From: Heterodontus francisci
Lineage: Eukaryota
DNA length: 64,000 bases
Direction of reading: 5' to 3'
Assembly: GCF_036365525.1 (NCBI RefSeq)
Contig: NC_090398.1
Coordinates: forward strand, 26,306,839-26,370,838
Position 1 is the first letter of the stretch; each line of letters starts with the position of its first letter. The notes under the pieces were generated by a model that saw nothing but the letters and a program-made list of their open reading frames with translations, was not told the origin of the DNA and ran no database searches. Below, in pieces: positions 38,650-52,877 of the stretch. The translations under genes and the position numbers were made by a program.

Positions 38650-39135
38650 TTTGAACACAAGGAATCAGAATGAGGAAAAGTAGCTAGATTGGCGAGAAGG
38701 GTTCGCATTGGGAAAAAGGATCCGATTCGGTAGCAGTGTGCAGAATGAAGAGAAATCGTCAAATTGGAGGGAATAAGTCAGGGAGCGGGGTGGGGCAAGG
38801 ATCATATTGAGAACAGCTGTCAGATTTGGGAGAAGAGATCGGATCGGGGAAAAACAGGTCAGAATGAGGGAAAGGGGTCAGATTGAGAAGATGCTGAGTA
38901 TTTACAGCAATTTCTGTTTTTATTCCAGATTGAGAAAATATCTGATTGAAGAGAAAGTGGCAGATGAAGAAGAAATCAGATTGCGCAGATGGGGTGTCAT
39001 TGCAGAGAAGTGGTTCAGGTAGGGCAGAAGGCATCAGAATGGAAAGAAGAGTTAAAAATGAAGGGAAGGGTAAGATTGAGAAGAGATTGATTGAGTAAAA
39101 AGGATAGAATGAGAAGAAGGGTCAGATTGTGTTGC
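38650..39135. repeat. Degenerate ~20-bp tandem repeat (GGGTCAGATTGAGAAGA-like)
   Basis: Recurrent tcagattg/tcagaatg plus purine runs at roughly 20-nt spacing. Confidence 0.55.
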
Positions 39136-40255
39136 ATTCCACGATTCTGTAATCGTGCATGTACAATGTATTTGTCTCACGCTGCAAGACTGACTGCTTC
39201 TATAAACCTCACTTCACAAATACTCGCCCACCCACAAACTAGTCTTTAACACCCGCGTTTAGACGTGGCAAATTCAGTTCCCATGATTAAGCTTAAAATA
39301 AGATCTTGGCCATTCAGGAGAGAATGTGCAAAGCTTATGTTCACACAAAGGTTAGATCTGGAACTCAGTATTCAAAAAAGCTGTGGGAAATGTGGCACCA
39401 ATAGCATTCAAGACGACGAATCAGATTTCAATGAAAAGTTTGGAAATTGAGGCAACAGAAGAGATCATCGTGATTTTTTTTTGTGTGGTTTTATTGGATT
39501 GTATGAGAACAGCAATTGAGAATCTTGATTAAAATGCAGCACCGAACAAGTACTTGAACTCTGAGCCAGTTAAAATATAATTCTGATGTTTTGCCAACTG
39601 AGCAGTCCGGGCTCTTGGCACTTTAACTTGTTGCCACCTTCCGCCATGAAAGTTAAAACATGTTTCTTCCCAACAACTACACACTCTTTGAAAACGGGGT
39701 CTGAAGTGACCAGTGATGTTTCTTTGGGATTTGTATTGGTGTGTCAACTTTTCACCATGTTTATTCATGACTTGAATGAAGCAATCAAGATTTATATATC
39801 TAAGTTTGAAGACGACTTAAAACTAGGCGGGACAGTAAGTCATGCAAATGGGAGCGGGAGCTTACAAAGGGAGATAGGAAGCTGAATTGAGGGGGGAAAA
39901 CTCTATTAAATGAAATCAGTAATGGCTAACTTTGAAGCCCTGCACCTCGAAACCAAGAAGGAAAAATCAGAGTATTTTCTCGATTGTGACAAACTCCAAG
40001 CCGTAAGGGAGAAAGGGTATTTGAAAGTGCAAGCTTTTAATCTTTTCTCGGCTCCTGGACACATGGACAAAACAATGACCAGGGATAATGGGATGTTGTC
40101 CATTTTGTCAAATTCTTAGGTAGGGAATGGATGTTATGCTTCAGTTGTATGATACCTCGATCAGTGGCATCAGCATTCTCCGCATTCAGTTTCAGGCATC
40201 ACATCTCTGGAATGATATAATGGTCTTGGGGGGGGCGGGGGGGGGAATGCAGCAC

Positions 40256-40405
40256 TGATTCCAGAGCAGCGGCAGTCAGTGGCGGTCCTGGGACGAGGTG
40301 GATCCGGAATAGCGGCAGTCGACAGGCGGACCAGAGAGGAGGCGGATCCGGAGCCGCAGCAGTCTGCAGTGGACCTGGGGAGGAGGCGGATCCGGAGCGG
40401 TGGCT
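40256..40405 (+). repeat. 44-bp GC-rich tandem repeat (~3.5 units) upstream of CR1 ORF1
   Basis: ggatccgga recurs at 40300, 40344 and 40388. Confidence 0.75.
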
Positions 40406-43345
40406 GGCTTACTCTCTCTCTCTCACTGTGTCGGCGCTGTGTTTGAAAAGAGGGGAAAAAAACATACAGTGACATCAAGGAAATCTGTAAGCTGATTAAT
40501 TGGTAAGTCACAGCAGTTATTGCCTGTAAATACCTTTAAAGTCAGAGAACAAAAATTCTTAAAAACTCAAATAGCGACCCTGTAAGTGATAAGGTTAGTT
40601 CTACTAATGTTTTTAATTAGTGTAATGTATTAATACTAACTAGTTAGAATAGTGCTGTTTAGACAGAGTGAGGTTGTGAGTTGTGTGCGAGGGATTTTAC
40701 TTACTAGGGAAAAGAGGTGTTCTTTGCAGTCTTTCTTGTCTTTACTGCCTTTTCAGCCTGCATGGTACAGGGAAGAAGCTGACTGGCAAGTAACTGGTAA
40801 GTCATTACACTTATTACATTGAAAATAGTTAGTTTGTAAAACTAAGTAATGACAGGGCAGCTCGGCCAAGCGAAATGTGCCTCCTGTGGCATGTGGGAAG
40901 TCGTGGACACACCACGTGTCCTGGACAAACACATCTGCAGAAGCTTGAGCTCCGGGTTTTGGAACACAAGCGGCGGCTGGAGTCAACTGTGGTGAATCCG
41001 CAAGGCAGAGAACTACATGGATAGCACATTTCAGGAGGTAGTCACCCCGCAGCTTAGAAGAGCACAGGCGTAGAAGGATTGGGTGACTGCCAGACAGACA
41101 AGCAGGTAAAGGGAAGTAGGGCAGGAGTTCCCAGAGGGCATCCCACTTTCTAACACCGGTATTCAGTTCTGAGTATCGATGGCAGAGAGAGATCCTGTGG
41201 GGAGTGCAGTGAGAGTCATGACCAGAGCACTATGGGTGGCCCAGCTGTGCAGGGAGGGAGGAGAAAGGACAAAGGAGTAATAGGGATAGGGTATTCTATG
41301 TTTAGGGGACCAGATAGGCGTTTCTGTGCTCGCAGACATGATTCCACAATGGTATGTTGGCTCCCTGGTGCAAGGGTCATGGATATCACCCGAGCAACTA
41401 CAGGGCATTCTGGAGGGCGGGGGTGCACAGCCAAAGGTCGTGGTCCACATTGGTACCAACGATATAGGAAGAAAGAGGGATGAGGTCCTGCAGGCTGAAT
41501 TTAAGGAGTTAGGAAAGATATTAGCAAGCAGGACCTCAAAGTTAGTAATATCCGGATGACTCACAAGGCCACGTGCCAGTGAGATGGTACAGGAAGGAGG
41601 GCTTCAGATTTTTGCAGCATTTGAACCGGTTCTGGGGAAGATGGGACCTATACAAGCCGGCCGGTCTGCACCGGAACAGGACTGGGACATATACCCCTGG
41701 CGGAAAGTTTGCTGGTGCTGTTGGGGATGGTTTAAACTAGCTTGGCAGGGTGGTGGGAACCTGAGCACAGTGTTACTTAGGACAATTTCAGAGCATGGAG
41801 CAGGAGGCAGAACATTCGCGAGTGACTCTGAAAGACAGTAGAAGCAAAGGTCAATAAGTGTGCAACACAGGAATTTGGCAGTTTTGAAGGGTATTTATTT
41901 AAATGCAAGGGGTATAGTAAATAAAGCCAATGAGCTGAGGGCACTGAAAGACACGTGGTAACACAATATCGTTGCTATAGCAGAAACTTGGCATAAAGAG
42001 GGACAAGAATGGCAACTCAACATCCCTGGATAGAGATTTCAGGCGGGATAGAGAGGGAGAAAAAAGAAGGAGATTATTAGTTAAGGAATCAACAACAGCT
42101 TTGAGGATTGATGATATGCTGCATGAATCATCAAATGAGGTCATATGGGTGGAGCGCAGAAATAATTTTTTAAAAGGCGGACGCACGACTAGGAGTGTAC
42201 TATAGACACTCAATTAGTGCAAGGGAGGTAGATGAACAAATATATAGGCAGATTTCTGAGTGCAAAAATTATAGGGCAATAATAGTTGGGGATTTCAGCC
42301 ACCCCAATATCAATTGGGAATCAAACAGTGTGAAGGGCTCAGAGGGGACACAATTCTTGAACTGCATTCAAGAGAACTCTTTTTTTTTGGCCAGCACGTA
42401 ACGAGTCCAACGTGGGTGGGGGGGGGGGGGGGGGGGGGGGGGAGTGCAATTCCATATTTAGTCTTCAGTAATGAATCTGGGGAAAGTGGAGGAAGTAACA
42501 GTGGGTGATCATTTTGGGGATAGTGACCATATTACATTAAGTTTTTGCATAATCATGGAAAAGGACAAAGATAAAACATGAGTGAAAGTTCTAAATTAGG
42601 GGATGGCAAATTTTAAGAAGCTGAGAGGTGAGCTGGAGAAAGTGAACTGGATACAGCTACTTGAAGGAAAATCAGTGGCAAACCAGTGGGAGGCATTCCA
42701 AAGCAAGATACTACATGCACAGTGTAGGCATGTCCCCACAAAGGTAAAGGGTGGTACTGCCAAATCTAGAGCCTGCTGGTTATCTAGAAGCTTACAGGGT
42801 AAGTTTAAGCAAAAAAAGGAAATCTTATCACGATCACAAAACTCTCAATACCTTAGAAAGGCTAGAGAAGTATAGAAAGTGCAGGGGTGAAGTAGAAAAA
42901 GGAAATTAGAAAAGCAAAGAGAGGACATGAAAAATTATTGGCAGGTAAAATCAAGGATAACCCGTACATTAAGAGCAGGAGGATAACTAAGGAAAGGGTA
43001 GGGCCTATCAGAGATGGACAAGGGAACATATGCGTCGATGCAGCAGATGTGGGCAGAGTTCTTAATGAGTTTTTTTTGTCTGTGAATTCACAAAGGAGAG
43101 GGTTGATGTAGACATTGCAGTAAAAGAGGAGGAGTGTGAAATATTAGTTTCGATAAGCATTATGAGACAGATAGTACCAGAGGGTCTGACATCCTTGAAC
43201 GTGGATAAGTCACCAAGACCAGATGGATCGCATCCCAGGTTGCTAAAGGAAGCCATGGAGGAAATAACGGATGTGCTGAGGATCATCTACAAATACTTGC
43301 TAGATACAGGAGAGGTACCAGACGATTGGAGGTCTGCAAAGTGCC
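40406..43345 (+). mobile_element. CR1-like LINE, 5' portion (5' UTR, ORF1 Zn-finger plus SGNH esterase, ORF2 APE), 3'-truncated and inactive
   Basis: atgacagggcag...CASCGMW near 40850-40895; VCWLPGARV and QPKVVVHIGTNDIG (ORF1); YLNARG, IVGDFSHPNINW, KSPRPDGSHPRLLKE (ORF2). Confidence 0.88.
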
Positions 43346-46300
43346 CATTCTCTTGAGCTCAATTGATAGAAGGTAACGCATCATCCCTCAGGAAGGATTA
43401 ACCTTGCTGCAGCTGTTGTTTTTCCATTTAATTCACCACAGAATTTTTGCATAGTTGAGACTAAAAATATATATAGGACATTATTAAATTTTAAGTTTCT
43501 AAATTATAAGATATAATTGGGCAGATTAACTCATTGGGCTCAGAGACAGAGCCACAATGGATTATTTGTGTTTTTTGTTAAACAGGTGACAATAGTTTCG
43601 AGGGCCACATGAGAAATGATGCCACAGCAAGAGATTCAGCAGCTTTAAGAATTTAAGAACTTAACTGCAGACATCAAATTTCACAGCATAGTCACAATTT
43701 GGACTAAAGGCTTTGCCTTTTCAAAAAGTTTTATTTGTTATCATCCAAGGCAAAGTGCTTGACAAGAAGAGATAGTTGCAAGCACTTCTGTCTTTAATGT
43801 AAAAAAAAGACTGCTATACCACCAAGCCTGGGTATAAGAAATTGGAATCGATAAACAAAATGAAATTGATATGACTGGTTAATTAATGCAGTCAAAGAGG
43901 AATTTATTTGATATTTAAGGAGATAGTCAAAATTTCATTCAACAAAAAAGAAAATGATGAAAACGCAGTTTCGGTGGTTTCTAAGTATAATAAAACAACT
44001 TTTTTTGGGGGTGAAATTAAATGGAACATTAACAAAACCTGTCGCCCCAACAACACTGTCATTTGAATTTGGAATAATTTGACATTTTGAAAATCCAGTG
44101 TAATTTAGCATGTTAATTTTAAGAAATTAGCATTTCATCTTAGATAGAGAAACAAAAAGCATCGGACTGTAAAGCTTCTCCAGGGCTCAAAATGAACTAC
44201 AATTATAATTAGTAGAAATTGGCAGTTCGATCTGACTGATGCACATACTAATCAAGAAATTCATGGGATAAAGAATGAGAATTTAAACTGTTAAGGTAAT
44301 ACAGTGTAGAACTTCCAAAAAGTCTAGAACTTTCCAGTGAAAGTCAGAAAGATGTACATAAGGCTAGTAATTTTATAGCTTTTTTCTGTTGGGGATATTT
44401 GTATCCTTGCCTATGAGTTTTTTTAAAGAGCTACATTTGATTGTCTGACCACTGCCCAAGAACATGTTCACCATGTAGGGGGAGGTAATCAAGATCTGAG
44501 ACAGACACCACAATTGGCTAACTAAATTGATGACATTAAATCTGAGTTTAATATAATTATCCTCAATCTGTCCTCACTGTGTTTGTCACGGAAGTGTGAA
44601 GTATTTTTTTATTATTGGTCTGTGGGCGTCACTGGCTGGGGCAGCATTTATTGCCCTTGAACTGAGTGGCTTTGTCGGCCAACTCAAAGGACATTAAGGT
44701 CAACCACATTGTTGTGGTCTGGAATGACATGCAGGCCAGACCAGGTAAGGATGGCATATTTCTTTCCCTGAAGGATATCAGTGAAACTGTTGGGTTTTAC
44801 AGCAATTGACAACGGTTTCTTGGTTACCAATAAACTAGTCTTTTTTAAATTCCGGATTTTATTAATTAAACTTAAATTCCTCCGTTTGCCGTGATGGGGT
44901 TCGAACCCAAGTGCCATACCATTAACCTGGGTTTTGTAATACTATTTAGTGATATTATCACTACGCCACTGTAACTGTATCCGATTCCTTATTGGGACAC
45001 CGGCAGATGGAGATGATGGAAGAGCGACTGTAACTGCAGTGAGGCAGGGGCACCAGCAGATGGAGATGGTAAGAGGATGCAATGACTGCAGTGAGACAGG
45101 GACACCAGCAGATGAAAATGCTGAGCCATTGTTTGAGGGTGAGATTCTGTGTTACTGAGAGTTTGAAAGTTTCCAAAAGTTTGAGGAATTTACTTTATGT
45201 AAACTTGAGATGCGTAATAAAAGAATTTCAATGCAATTTGTGTTAACTGGCTACTTTCCAACTGGTTCCTGTTTGGCAAATTGTTTTGAGTGATTAAAGT
45301 TAATGCATAAATAAAACAACAGAATCAAATAAAGTTCAAATATTCATTTACAAATAAAAACACTCTAAATATGTCGTGTTGAGTTCCTCATCATTAAATT
45401 ATGGCATCACTCTCTTTCTCACTTCTCATTCTGTGCTGATATCTTCTCTACAATAAGTAAGAGGAATTGAAGTTTTGATCCAATTGTCTTTTAAAAGTTC
45501 ATATTGAAACTGTTTCCACCAACCTGCCAGACAGTAATTTCCAGTCATTGTTTCTCTCTTCATGTTGCCTGAAGTTCAGAGATTGCCAATCACCTTCAAT
45601 ATGTGTCTTTGCTGCTTCCTGATCCCCCTCTGCTCTTGAAACCAGTCTCTCCTCATGTCCCCAAACTGTGGGAAAGATTTTGATTGCAATTTATTTCTCC
45701 AGGACGTCAGCTGCGGAGTCGCTGGTAGTTCCTGAATTTAGACAAGTGATGAACAAAAATCCCTCCGAATCCCCCAGGAGAGCAGACGAAAAAAAAGTCA
45801 GGAAGCAAATGGGAAACAAGTGACAGTTTATTGCAGCAGAAAAACTCTTTGCCAGAATTTCAAAGTACCTGCAGTGGGACATTTTCAGTCATTTTCTGAC
45901 CTTTAGGTATACTGGAGGTGAATAGTGAACGACATTGAATGCAATTTGTGTCAAATGGTCATTATCCAAACCGGCCTCTCCATGTTTTAAATTACAGCAG
46001 CTTTTCTGCCCCATTAATGAGGTTTTGGGGGAGGGAGAGAGAGAGACACACACACAGACAGGTTTCTGTCTGGATTAATCCATTTGGCACATTGGCTGGA
46101 CTATCCCTCCTCCATGCCCTGTATACACAGAGACTCACCTTGGACTGTCCCATACCTGGGAGGGAGTGTCCAGATAGAGGAAGCTGAGAGATAGTTGGAT
46201 GAGCTGCACTTTGGGTGGACTGGGTGTTTGAGTGACAGGTTCTGGGATTTAGGACAAAATCGGACACCATTCTTTTTTTCCATGCGGCTGGTGTCTGAAG

Positions 46301-46559
46301 GTACGATTTTGTGTCCATGGCTCTGGGTCTCTGTGCCCAGATGATTTGTAAGCTGATTGCAGTGTGTGTATGTGTGCGTGTGTGTGAGAGAGAACAACCT
46401 GAATCCCTCTTTCTCTGTCCCAGTCCTGACCATTTTCTCCAATTCCCACCCCAATGCCTCTGCCCGGGTAAATAGTTCGTCAAGTTTACTCAAGCTAGGT
46501 CCCTCATCACTTTTTACACCTCAACTAACTCACTGCGCAGCCTCCTGTTTTCCAAAGGA

Positions 46560-47800
46560 AACAACACAAGGCTATCCAATCTTTCTTCATAGCTGTAAGT
46601 TTCCAGTCCGGGCAAAGTTCTGCTCCTGTTCAGTGTAATCACATCTTTCTTGTAATGGGGTGATCAGAACCACACCCAGTACTGACCCTGTGTTCACATT
46701 AGTGTTGCATTTAGTTTTAGCACCTGCCTGCTCTTAAACTCTGCGTCTTATCTAATAAAGTATGACATATGCCTTCTTAACGACTTTATCGACGTGTCTT
46801 GAAGGAACTGTGAACATAGACTCAAAAGTCCCTCTGTTATCCACAGTACTCCGTTTCCCTTGCCTTGTTGCATCTCCCAAAATGCATGACCTCACACTTC
46901 TGCAGATTCGATTCAATTTTCCACTTTTCTGCCCAACTGCCAAGACCATCTATATCTTCCTGCAGTCTAAAGTTTTCTCCTCACTGTCAACTCACAGCCA
47001 TTTCTTGTATCAGCTGTGAAATGCTTTATCATTGTCCCTACATTTGAGTCTAAATCATTAACACAAGGTACAAAAAGCAGGAAACCGAGTACAGAGCTCT
47101 GCAGACCCCACTGGTAACAGTCATCGAGTTGCAAAAATACTAGTCAACAATGACCCTTTGTTTCCTGCCACCAAGCCAATTTAGGATCCAGTTTGAACCT
47201 CTCCCTTGGATCCCGAGAGCTTTTACTTTTTTTTTTGACCAGGCTGCCATGTGGGAATTTAACAAATCCCTTACAAATATCCATGTATGCCACTTCCACT
47301 GCACTGCCTTCATCAACCCTACCTGTCACTTCCTCAAACAAATCAATCATATTAGCCAGACATGACCTTCCCTTAAATCCATGATTACTTTCCTTGCTTA
47401 ATCTAAGCCTGTCTAAGTGAAGTACTATACTGTCAACAGAATGATTCTAGTAATTTTCCCACAACCGAAGTTAAACTAACTGGCCTATAATTACTCGGAT
47501 AATCCCTACCTTCCATTTTTAAAAAGTGCATCGTTGACAATCCTCCAATCTTATAGCCAGGGAGGATTGCAATATGATGGTCGGAGCCTCTGCAATTTTA
47601 TCCATTACTTCTTTCAACTACCTGGAGTATATATCTTCTAGGACTGGAGATTTAGCTACTTTCTTAGACGCCAAACTCTTCAATACTTCCTGTCTTGCAA
47701 TGTTTATCCCATCCAATATTTCACACTCTTTCTCCTTGACTACAACATCATCATCGCCGCAACATTTTGTAACACAGCCAGAAAATATTCATAAAGAACA
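46560..47800 (-). mobile_element. Degenerate CR1-like RT fragments
   Basis: Minus-strand FEEVTGRVDEGSAVEVAYMD, HVDKVVKKAY. Confidence 0.7.
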
Positions 47801-47899
47801 TTACCTGCATCCTCTGCCTAAACAGATAGGTTAACGTTTTGGTCTCTAACAAACCCTACTCTTTCCTTAGTTATCCTCTACTCTTTTAGTTCTTCTTTC

Positions 47900-48472
47900 A
47901 TGAGATGCGATTGTCGCTGCCAAGGCAGAATTTATTATCCATCCCTTATTGTGTGTTTGTAGGTGGTTGTGAGTCACCTTCAAGTACTGCATTCCATCTG
48001 GTGCAGGTTCACGCACAGTAATATTTGGAAGTGGGGTTTCGGTTTTTGACCCAGCAAATGTGAAGCAACGGCAGTATAGTTCCAAGTCACGCTGGTGTGT
48101 GGTTTGGAGGGAAACTTGCTGTTGGTGGTGTTCCTATGTGTCTGGTGCCCTTTTTCTTGTCGGTGGTAGAAATCACAGGTTTGGAAGGTGATGTTTAAGG
48201 AAGCTTGGCGAGTTGCTGCAGTGCATCTTGTATATGGTACACACTGATGCTACTGTGCGTCGGTGTGGGAGGGATTAATGCTTGTTTCTGGTGAATGGAG
48301 TGCTGATCAAGAGGGCTGCTTTATTCTGGATGGGATAGAGTTTCAGGACTGTTGTTGAAGCTGCACTCAATAAAGCAAGTGTAGAGTATTCCATCATACT
48401 CCTGACCTGCCTTGTGGACAGGCTTTGGGGAGTCAGCAGGTGAGTTACCTGCCGTGGAATGGCCAGCCTCTG
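47900..48472 (-). mobile_element. Second LINE family 3' end, minus strand
   Basis: Reverse-complement match to 15500-16060. Confidence 0.7.
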
Positions 48473-49249
48473 ACCTTTATGTACTTATATAACATCTTTG
48501 TACTTTTCTTCATTTTATCTACCAGTATTTTCTCATTCCCTTTCATTGCTGTCCCAATTTTCCTTTTAATTTCAACCCTACATCTTCCTCTCACTTCTGC
48601 TTTTTCTGATGTATTTCACACTTGGTGTCTGATATAAGCTTTCATTTTTTGCATTGTTTAACCCTCTATGCACTTTGTCGTCCTGCGCGCTCTAGATTAG
48701 TCAGTCTCACCTTTTCTCTTTATGGGAGCATGTTTACCCTGAACCTCTTGAAACACGTCCTCGAGTGATCCTCACTGTTCTGACACTAGTTCACCTTCAA
48801 GTAGCAGTTTCCAGTCCACGTTTATTAAATCGTTTCTCAGCCCAGTAAAAATAGCCTTCACCCTGTTTAGAAACTTTATTCCTCATTTTATCTTTATTGT
48901 TTTCCATAAATATGTTCAATCTAACCAAATTATAGTCACTATCACAAATGTACTTTCTCTTTGATACTCCTTCCAACTTTCCAGCTCCATTTCCGAACAC
49001 TCTATCCAGAATTTCCCGCTTCCTCCTGTTGCGCTTTGCACATATTGGTTACTAAAGTTCTATTGAATGCAGATTAGTAATTCTATGCCCTCGTCACCTT
49101 TTATTCTTACCGTATCCTAGTTAACAGGAGGGTAATTTAAAATGCCCTCTGTTACTGTCTTACTGTTTTTGCATTTGTCAGAAACTTGCATACAACGATG
49201 CTCTTTTATCTCCCACGGAGGTCTATAGTACACTCCCAGCAGTGCGGTT

Positions 49250-50536
49250 TCCCCTTTTGTGCTCCTGTCCATTTTATATAGCCTCATTTGACAATCCCTC
49301 TAACATATCTCTCATCAAGGGTGTAATTGTTTCTTTAATCAATATTGTCACCCCTCCTCCTTACATATCCCCCTCTCTATCTCGTCTAAAAACCCTGAAG
49401 CGAGAATGTTCAGCTGCCATTTCTGACCCTCTCTATGCTATTCAGTAATAGCGAAAATCTGTACTCCCGCCAGAATGTTTCCTCAGCTCATCTGCCTTAT
49501 TCACTACTCTCCTTGAATTTAGGTATAAAACAATTAGCACAACTAGACCCCATTTTTTTTCCTATTTTCCAAATTTTGTTTGCTCTGCCTTACAAATATT
49601 TTTTGCTATTTTTCTCCCTTCCATTTCCTGCTCTGCTTTTCTTCCTTCTGAATCTATTCTCAGCTTTCCATCCTCCTGCCTAGTTTGTTTCAACCTTTTC
49701 CAAAAGCACAAGCAAACTTGTCAGTGATTATATTGGTCCTGGCCCTGTTGAGGTGCAACCTGTCCAACCTGTACAGAACACGTTCCCCAGAACCGGTACC
49801 AAAGTCTCAGGAAACTAAAGCACTCTCTCCTGCACCATCTCTCCAGCCAGAGATTCTAATGTTCTATCCGTACTTACAAGCACATGAAGTCGTCATGAAA
49901 ACGAGAGCTAAAGGTTTGCTGTCAACACCTTCCACAGTCTTCAATATCCATCCGTTAACTTGTTTATTTACCAAAACTGCCATTTATTATCATTCCCTCG
50001 TTGCCCTGAGACAACTGATTGGCTCGCGAGGACACTTCAGACGGACAGGCAATACTCAACCCTGCTGGTTTCGGTCTGGAGTGACGTATAGGCCAAGACC
50101 TTTTAAGGACTGGAGTGACATGAGGCCAAGACTGACATTAGTGTACCAGCGTAGTTTTTCCAACAATCCAACACCTTCATGGTTAGTTTTACTGACACCA
50201 GCTTTTGATTTACAGGTTTGTTTTTAAGAAACTGAATTCAAATTCTCAAAATGCCGTGGTGGGATTTTAACTTGCATTCTCAGAATTATGAATCGTAGAC
50301 AGAGTCACTAATGCAGTTATATCGCCATTGCAATGCCGTACCAGATCTAATTGCCAGAATTATGACATTATTCATCAAACAACAGAAATTACCTTCAGTT
50401 TTTGCCAGAACCTATGTTATTGCAATGTTCTGAATTCTGTATGTAAAATCCTGAAATGATTCTCGATAAGCGAATTAAAGATTCGATGTGACATAGGGAG
50501 CAGTGGAAAACCTTGGAGTTTGTATAGAACTGGTCA
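49250..50536 (+). repeat. ~1.3-kb dispersed direct duplication, copy 2 (of 17483-18780)
   Basis: Collinear high similarity; shared translated segments such as LLCSCPFYIASFDNPSNIS. Confidence 0.85.
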
Positions 50537-50837
50537 TGTATCCCTTCCAATAGGGATCTGGAGTTGTGGAATGGAATTCTCACAAGGATCAAACCGGGTA
50601 CGATAAGGCACAAGAGGGAAGCTTATGTCAGATACCGAGAGCTCAATACCACAGAAAACTGAGAGGAGTGTAGAAAGTTCAAGGGTGAAATTAAAAAGCA
50701 AATTAGGAGAGCAAAGAAATGGCCGGAAAATAATATTACCAAGTAAAAGCAAAGAAATCACAAAGATGTTTTATAAATACATGAAGAGCAAGAGAATTAC
50801 TAAGGATAGAGTATTAGGGACCAAAAAGGGAATGTGT

Positions 50838-52435
50838 GTGTGGAGGTGGGAGATGTGGGCATGGTTCTTAATGAATACTTTGTCTCCATCTTTATAAAAG
50901 AGGGGGAACAATGCAGATATTGTAGTTAAAGAGGAGGAGCGTGAAAAATTGGATAGGATAAACAGAGTGAGAGGGAAATATGAAGGTGCTTGGCATCTTT
51001 GAAAGTAGATAAATGGTCAGGCCTGGATGCATTGGAACCAGTTCAGAGAAGGTTCACTCGGCTGATTCATGGGATGAAGGGGTTGTCTTATGAGGAATGG
51101 TTGAACAGGTTGGGCCTATACTCATTGGACTTTAGAAGAATGAGAGGTGATCTTATTGAAACATACTAAATACTTAAAGGGATAGACAGGTTAGATGCAG
51201 GTAAGATGTCTCCTTTGGTTCGGGAGTCTAGAACTAGGGGACACAATTTCAAAATAATGGAGAAGCCACTTAGGTCAGAGATGGGGAGAAATTTCTTTGC
51301 TCAGAGGGTTGTGAATCTTTGGAATTCTCTACCCCAGTGGGCTGTGGCAGCTCAGTCTGGGAAAAAGGCATTGAAGTGGATGATCAGCCATGATCGTATT
51401 GAATGGCAGAGCAGGCTCGATGGGCTGAATGGCCTACTCCTGTGCCTATGCTCCAAGCTGCTGAAATAGTTTCTCCCAAACTATGCCATCAGTTCCCCTT
51501 AATATCTCTACATCTTTGAACAAATCACCTTGATCCTCCTAAATTCCAGGCAATAAATCCCTAGTTTGTGTAATATCACCTCGTAATTTAACCCTTGAAG
51601 TCCAGTTATCATTCTGGTAAATCTACACTGCACTCAAATGGACATGGACCCCCCAAAGTCTCTTTGAACCTCCAGTGTTTCTAGCTTTACACCATTTATA
51701 AAGTACTCTGTTCTAGTCTTTTTTTGCTGACATGGAAATCTAACTACCACAGTTTTGCCCATTTATTTAAGATATTAATATCTCTTTGTAATTTGATGCT
51801 TCCAGCTACACTGCTTACAATGCTGCCTATTTTTGTGTCATTGGCAAACTTGGGTATGTGGCATTGTACCCCATCATCTTAAATTGTTAATAAATACAGC
51901 AAAACTGAGACACACACGGGCTTTGCGCTAGTAGACAGGAGTGAATCATTCCAACCTAGAGGCTTTTTAACTCCAGATTTATGTTTTTTTAAAGAAAAGA
52001 TAGAATTCAAATTCACAACAGCCCTGTGTGGGATTTGAACTCCTGCTTTTTCAGTCATCAGCTCAGGCCTTCAAATTAAAACCTGTAAAAAGAGATTCAT
52101 TTTCCTACTGCTGTTGTCTGACTGTCTCAGGGTTTGTATATTGTTCCCTTCGCCTCTTCTTCCATGTGTCTGAAGTCTTTGAAGTTTGTCAGACATTGGT
52201 AAACTACTTCATGTGGTGTTGTGTAAAGACCTTCAATTCTGTTTATCTGCAAGGGACACAATTCAAATTCTCACCTTATTGCATCAACTAAAACCTGCAG
52301 GTCCATTCAAACACCCCTATTTCCTGTCTCTGCAAAGATAGCTCACACTTCCACAATGCAGGAATGTCTGAATGGAAACAGCTTTTGACACATTTCCAAA
52401 CACGTTTGCTGACAATTTTCAGGATGAAGCTAAAT
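50838..52435 (+). repeat. ~1.6-kb segmental duplication unit, copy 1 (copy 2 at ~59115-60700); composite of CR1 fragments
   Basis: Near-identical blocks, for example ORFs 52028-52291 and 60301-60564. Confidence 0.9.
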
Positions 52436-52877
52436 TCAATATACAGATTGCAAGCCCCAAATTGAATCTTTAAGATATAAAAGGTGACACAAATAAAATT
52501 CCTGATCTCTCTGTCCCTGCACCCATTTTAACATTGTACCATTTATTTTATATTGCTGCTCCTCAGCCTTCCTTCCAAAATGCATCATTTTACATTTCTC
52601 AGCATTGAAGTTAACCTGCTATGTGTCTGACGATTTCACCAGACTGCCTCTATCCTCCTGAAGTCTACTACTATTCCCTTCCCTGTTTATTACATTGCAG
52701 ATGGCACAATGATGAAGTTATGCCCTGTAAACTCAAGTCCAGGTCATGAATATATATCAAAAAGATCAATGGTCCTAATCCAAACCCCTGGGGAATACCC
52801 CTGTATCACAATGTACACTGTGTACAGTGAGTACAAAATCAGGGAGGTTATGCTGAACATTTATAAAGCTCTGGTTA

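Noticed and set aside
42415-42443. Long poly-G run (also ~8507-8531) as a functional G-quadruplex
   Set aside because: Homopolymer expansions within dead LINEs; lengths are unreliable and there is no supporting context.
49685-50227. 180-aa ORF
   Set aside because: Lies in the duplicated repeat composite; the paralogous copy at ~17.9-18.5 kb shows no matching ORF.
52028-52291. 87-aa ORF conserved at 60301-60564
   Set aside because: Conservation reflects recent segmental duplication; non-ATG start and no recognisable domain.
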